Source: an uncultured archaeon
GTDB taxonomy: Archaea > Micrarchaeota > Micrarchaeia > Micrarchaeales > CABMGC01
Direction of reading: 5' to 3'
Length of the DNA stretch: 19,982 nucleotides
Assembly: GCA_963787445.1 (NCBI GenBank)
Contig: CAWBCT010000001.1
Coordinates: 1-19,982, forward strand
The position numbers and the translations under genes were made by a program. The notes beneath the pieces are model-generated. The model ran no database searches. It was not told the DNA's origin and was given only the letters and a program-made list of their open reading frames with translations. Shown one piece after another: positions 17,925 through 19,982 of this stretch. The first letter of the stretch is position 1. Each line of letters begins with the position of its first letter.

Positions 17925-18204
17925 ACAATCACGCCTTCCTTCCTTATCTTTTCGGCAAGTTTAGGGTTCCAGAGCCATGTGATTGTTTATCCTCTTCGAC
18001 TATTATCTTGCCTGAATATTCTAGATAATCAAGAATGGTTACAAAGGTAGTCCACATAACTTTCTTAGGAAGTAGATGCCATATTTGCGTTATTGTCTTG
18101 TCGCTTTTATATTTGTACAGTGCCTTTTCCACCATTAATATGGTGTCCAATCGTGGCAATCTATCTAAGTTCCTAGGTTTGAATTCCATTAGTTCCTTTT
18201 CCAC
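17921..18204 (-). CDS. small winged-helix-like protein, putative antitoxin (~94 aa after correcting one frameshift)
   Basis: PRLDTILMVEKAL...TQIWHLLPKKVMWTTFVTILDYLEYSGKI. Restoring one A at 17986-17988 gives DKTITWLWNPKLAEKIRKEGVIV*, whose TGA overlaps the toxin GTG (GTGA). Confidence 0.65.
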
Positions 18205-18212
18205 TTAATCAA

Positions 18213-18251
18213 CTGATAAATATATCAGATGATAAATATATAAACTTTTGG
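18213..18251 (-). promoter_or_regulatory. BRE/TATA plus palindromic operator of the TA-like pair
   Basis: CCAAAAG-TTTATATA (18251-18237); inverted repeat CTGATA-N4-TATCAG (18213-18228); TGATAAATATAT repeated at 18214 and 18230. Confidence 0.6.
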
Positions 18252-18285
18252 TTGGAGAGTCAGAACCGCTTCTTCGTAAAATAAA

Positions 18286-18324
18286 AGTGGACTCGGCGTA
18301 TGTATCCAACTGAGTTCACTGTAC
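18286..18324. repeat. 39-bp degenerate direct repeat, copy 2
   Basis: Same consensus and spacing as copy 1 (27/39 identical); 18286-18296 pairs with 18310-18320 as an 11-bp stem with two G-T pairs. Confidence 0.7.
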
Positions 18325-18520
18325 AAGATTATGGTGGCTTTCTTATGTTAATTTAGCTTTTAACGAAAGATAAAAAGGCCCTGCAGTAAGACGACGGTTA
18401 TATATTTGATTTCGGTTTAAGAACATTATGGACTATGGGGCAAAGTTTGAACCAAAAGGTAACAGAATTATTCATGGTACAGGATTACTTAATTAACATG
18501 CCTCTAAAGTTCTTATCAGA

Positions 18521-19848
18521 GTGTTGCCGATGGAGAAGAACAAATTAATCAGTATTCCAGTAGCAACTGCTGTGGGGCTAGGAGCCATAATCGGCGCAGG
18601 GATATTCGTACTTAGCGGCACTACTATAGCATTAGCCGGAGCCGATGCCCTCTTCGCATTCGTAATAGTAGGGATTGTGGCTCTGATACTTGCCTTTGAG
18701 CTTGGCGAACTCAGCTCCCTCATGCCTAATGAAAAGGGTGCATCATATTCGTACACGTATAAGGCATTCGGAAGCAGGGTGGGGTTCATAACAGGTATAT
18801 TCAGGTACCTCAGCCTTGCCATTTCTATCTCCGTGGTCTCGTTGGGTTTCGGGGCCTATCTTGGAGCATTCTTGGAATGTCCGTAAACGCCTATTCGATA
18901 CCATTCGGAATAGTTCTTATAGGGATACTTTCAGCTGTAAACCTTATTGGAGTTAAAAAAGCCGCCGAAGCTGATTCAGTCCTTGTTGTGATAAAAATAT
19001 TGATTCTCTTAATATTCATAGGCTTTGCAATCGTGGTTGCGCTGGCGGATCTATCGTCTATTGCGTCGCATTTCGCTTTCAGTGCATCCACGGGAAATCT
19101 CAGTGACATCTTCGTGGCAGGCATTGCCATAATCTTCGCCTATTCGGGCTTCCAGTCCATAGCCAGCATATCTGGAAGGATAGAGGGAGGTGCGACTGGG
19201 GCTTCAAAAGCCCTAATCGCGGCTGTGTTGATAAGCTTAGTGCTATACGTGCTGGTAGTGTTTGGATTGCTGCTGCTTCAACCGGCATCGGCATACACGA
19301 TCTCGGCAGACCGTTGACTTCCGCATTGGCCGGCAATAGCTCATCCTCATGGCTTTTGATCCTTGTAGGCATTGGTGCACTCATAGCGACAGCATCAGCA
19401 ACACTTGCTTCAATATTGACCGCTTCAAGATCAATCTACCAGATGAGTGCTGATGGTCTGCTCCCAAAGATACTGATGAAATTCAACAAGGATAAGGGCA
19501 CTGCAGAAAACGGTGTAATCATATCTGCAGTGATAGGGGTTGCCATGTTATTTGCAGGAAACATATACATCGTCGTCTCCATAGTTACTTTCGACCTTAA
19601 TGTTCGACTATCTGCTTTTAGGATTTGATATCATTCACTTCAGGAGGCAGGGCCGCAAACCAAGCTTCAGAATGCCATTCTACCCATACCTGCCGGTGAT
19701 AGGCGTAATAATTCTGATAATCTTCTTCGTAAGCCTGCCAACTGAGGTGCTTGCGGTAGGCATAGCGATGACCGTAGCCTTAGTGCTATTATACCAGTTT
19801 CTCAGTAGGTCAAAGAGCAAGAATGGCAAATTTGTAAAGCTGTTTTGA
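18521..19848 (+). CDS. APC-family amino acid permease, interrupted by three frameshifts (sequencing error or recent pseudogene)
   Basis: GAIIGAGIF, ELSSLMPNEKGASYSY, FAYSGFQS, SRSIYQMSADGLLP, FRMPFYPYLP spread collinearly over four ORFs; shifts at ~18872, ~19311 (restores ADPL) and ~19595. Confidence 0.85.
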
Positions 19849-19851
19849 TAA

Positions 19852-19887
19852 CCTTTCTTTGCTTTCCAAAACCTACGTTTACGTAGG
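19852..19887 (+). terminator. T-rich tract and palindrome after the permease
   Basis: CCTTTCTTTGCTTTCC followed by CCTACGT-TT-ACGTAGG (19872-19887). Confidence 0.4.
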
Positions 19888-19906
19888 GATTCAGACTTAT
19901 TTGGTG

Positions 19907-19982
19907 ATGGACGTCGAGATCATTGGATTATTCTCCATTCATGATAACGGTCAGACGACACGTGAGCGTGGGTTCGGGTTCA
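19907..19982 (+). CDS. possible 5' end of a gene running out of the window
   Basis: ATG 19907 with an open frame MDVEIIGLFSIHDNGQTTRERGFGF to the window end; too short to identify. Confidence 0.2.
   Translation, partial: MDVEIIGLFSIHDNGQTTRERGFGF

Larger units (their letters stand above)
17464..18324. mobile_element. putative ~0.82-kb minimal integrated cassette carrying a toxin-antitoxin-like pair
   Basis: AT-rich two-gene module between direct repeats 822 bp apart; no integrase in the window. Confidence 0.4.

Noticed and set aside
17464-18324. Repeats read as a CRISPR array, intact tRNA or canonical attC/dif sites
   Set aside because: Only two copies 822 bp apart; no cloverleaf or TTC T-loop; no RYYYAAC/GTTRRRY ends; the 13-nt spacer does not fit the 6-bp dif spacer.
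4690-19600. Programmed ribosomal frameshifting at the split genes
   Set aside because: No X_XXY_YYZ slippery sites or shared motif at the shift points; the pattern fits indel errors.

Overview
Archaeal chromosomal window, most consistent with a DPANN lineage such as Micrarchaeota. This is inferred from the S-layer N-terminus, Hjc, a COG1709 regulator, a KaiC-like ATPase, TATA boxes about 25-30 nt ahead of several starts and compact gene spacing. Left to right it contains Hjc (CTG start, missed by the ORF track) and an AT-rich AlbA_2/HATPase_c_4/wHTH gene. Next is a probable operon of a large Cys-rich surface protein, a smaller paralog, a YgjP/M48-like HExxH protein and a HAD-IIB phosphomannomutase-like enzyme. 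A 1051-aa S-layer protein follows, with GT4, NDP-sugar pyrophosphorylase and GT-C genes nearby. Then come a KaiC-like ATPase, the COG1709 regulator, a divergent pyruvoyl AdoMetDC-family protein, DUF167 and an ABC exporter pair. The right end holds an AT-rich wHTH + RelE-like two-gene module and an APC permease split by three frameshifts. The most unusual signal is that module. It is bracketed by two 39-bp degenerate direct repeats whose 13-bp core reads as the 3' end of an archaeal tRNA-Ala on the minus strand, and it has a palindromic operator next to its TATA box. About eight single-base indels, mostly in short homopolymers, split or distort genes across the window and are more likely long-read consensus errors than biology. 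No intact tRNA or rRNA, CRISPR array, integrase or transposase was seen.
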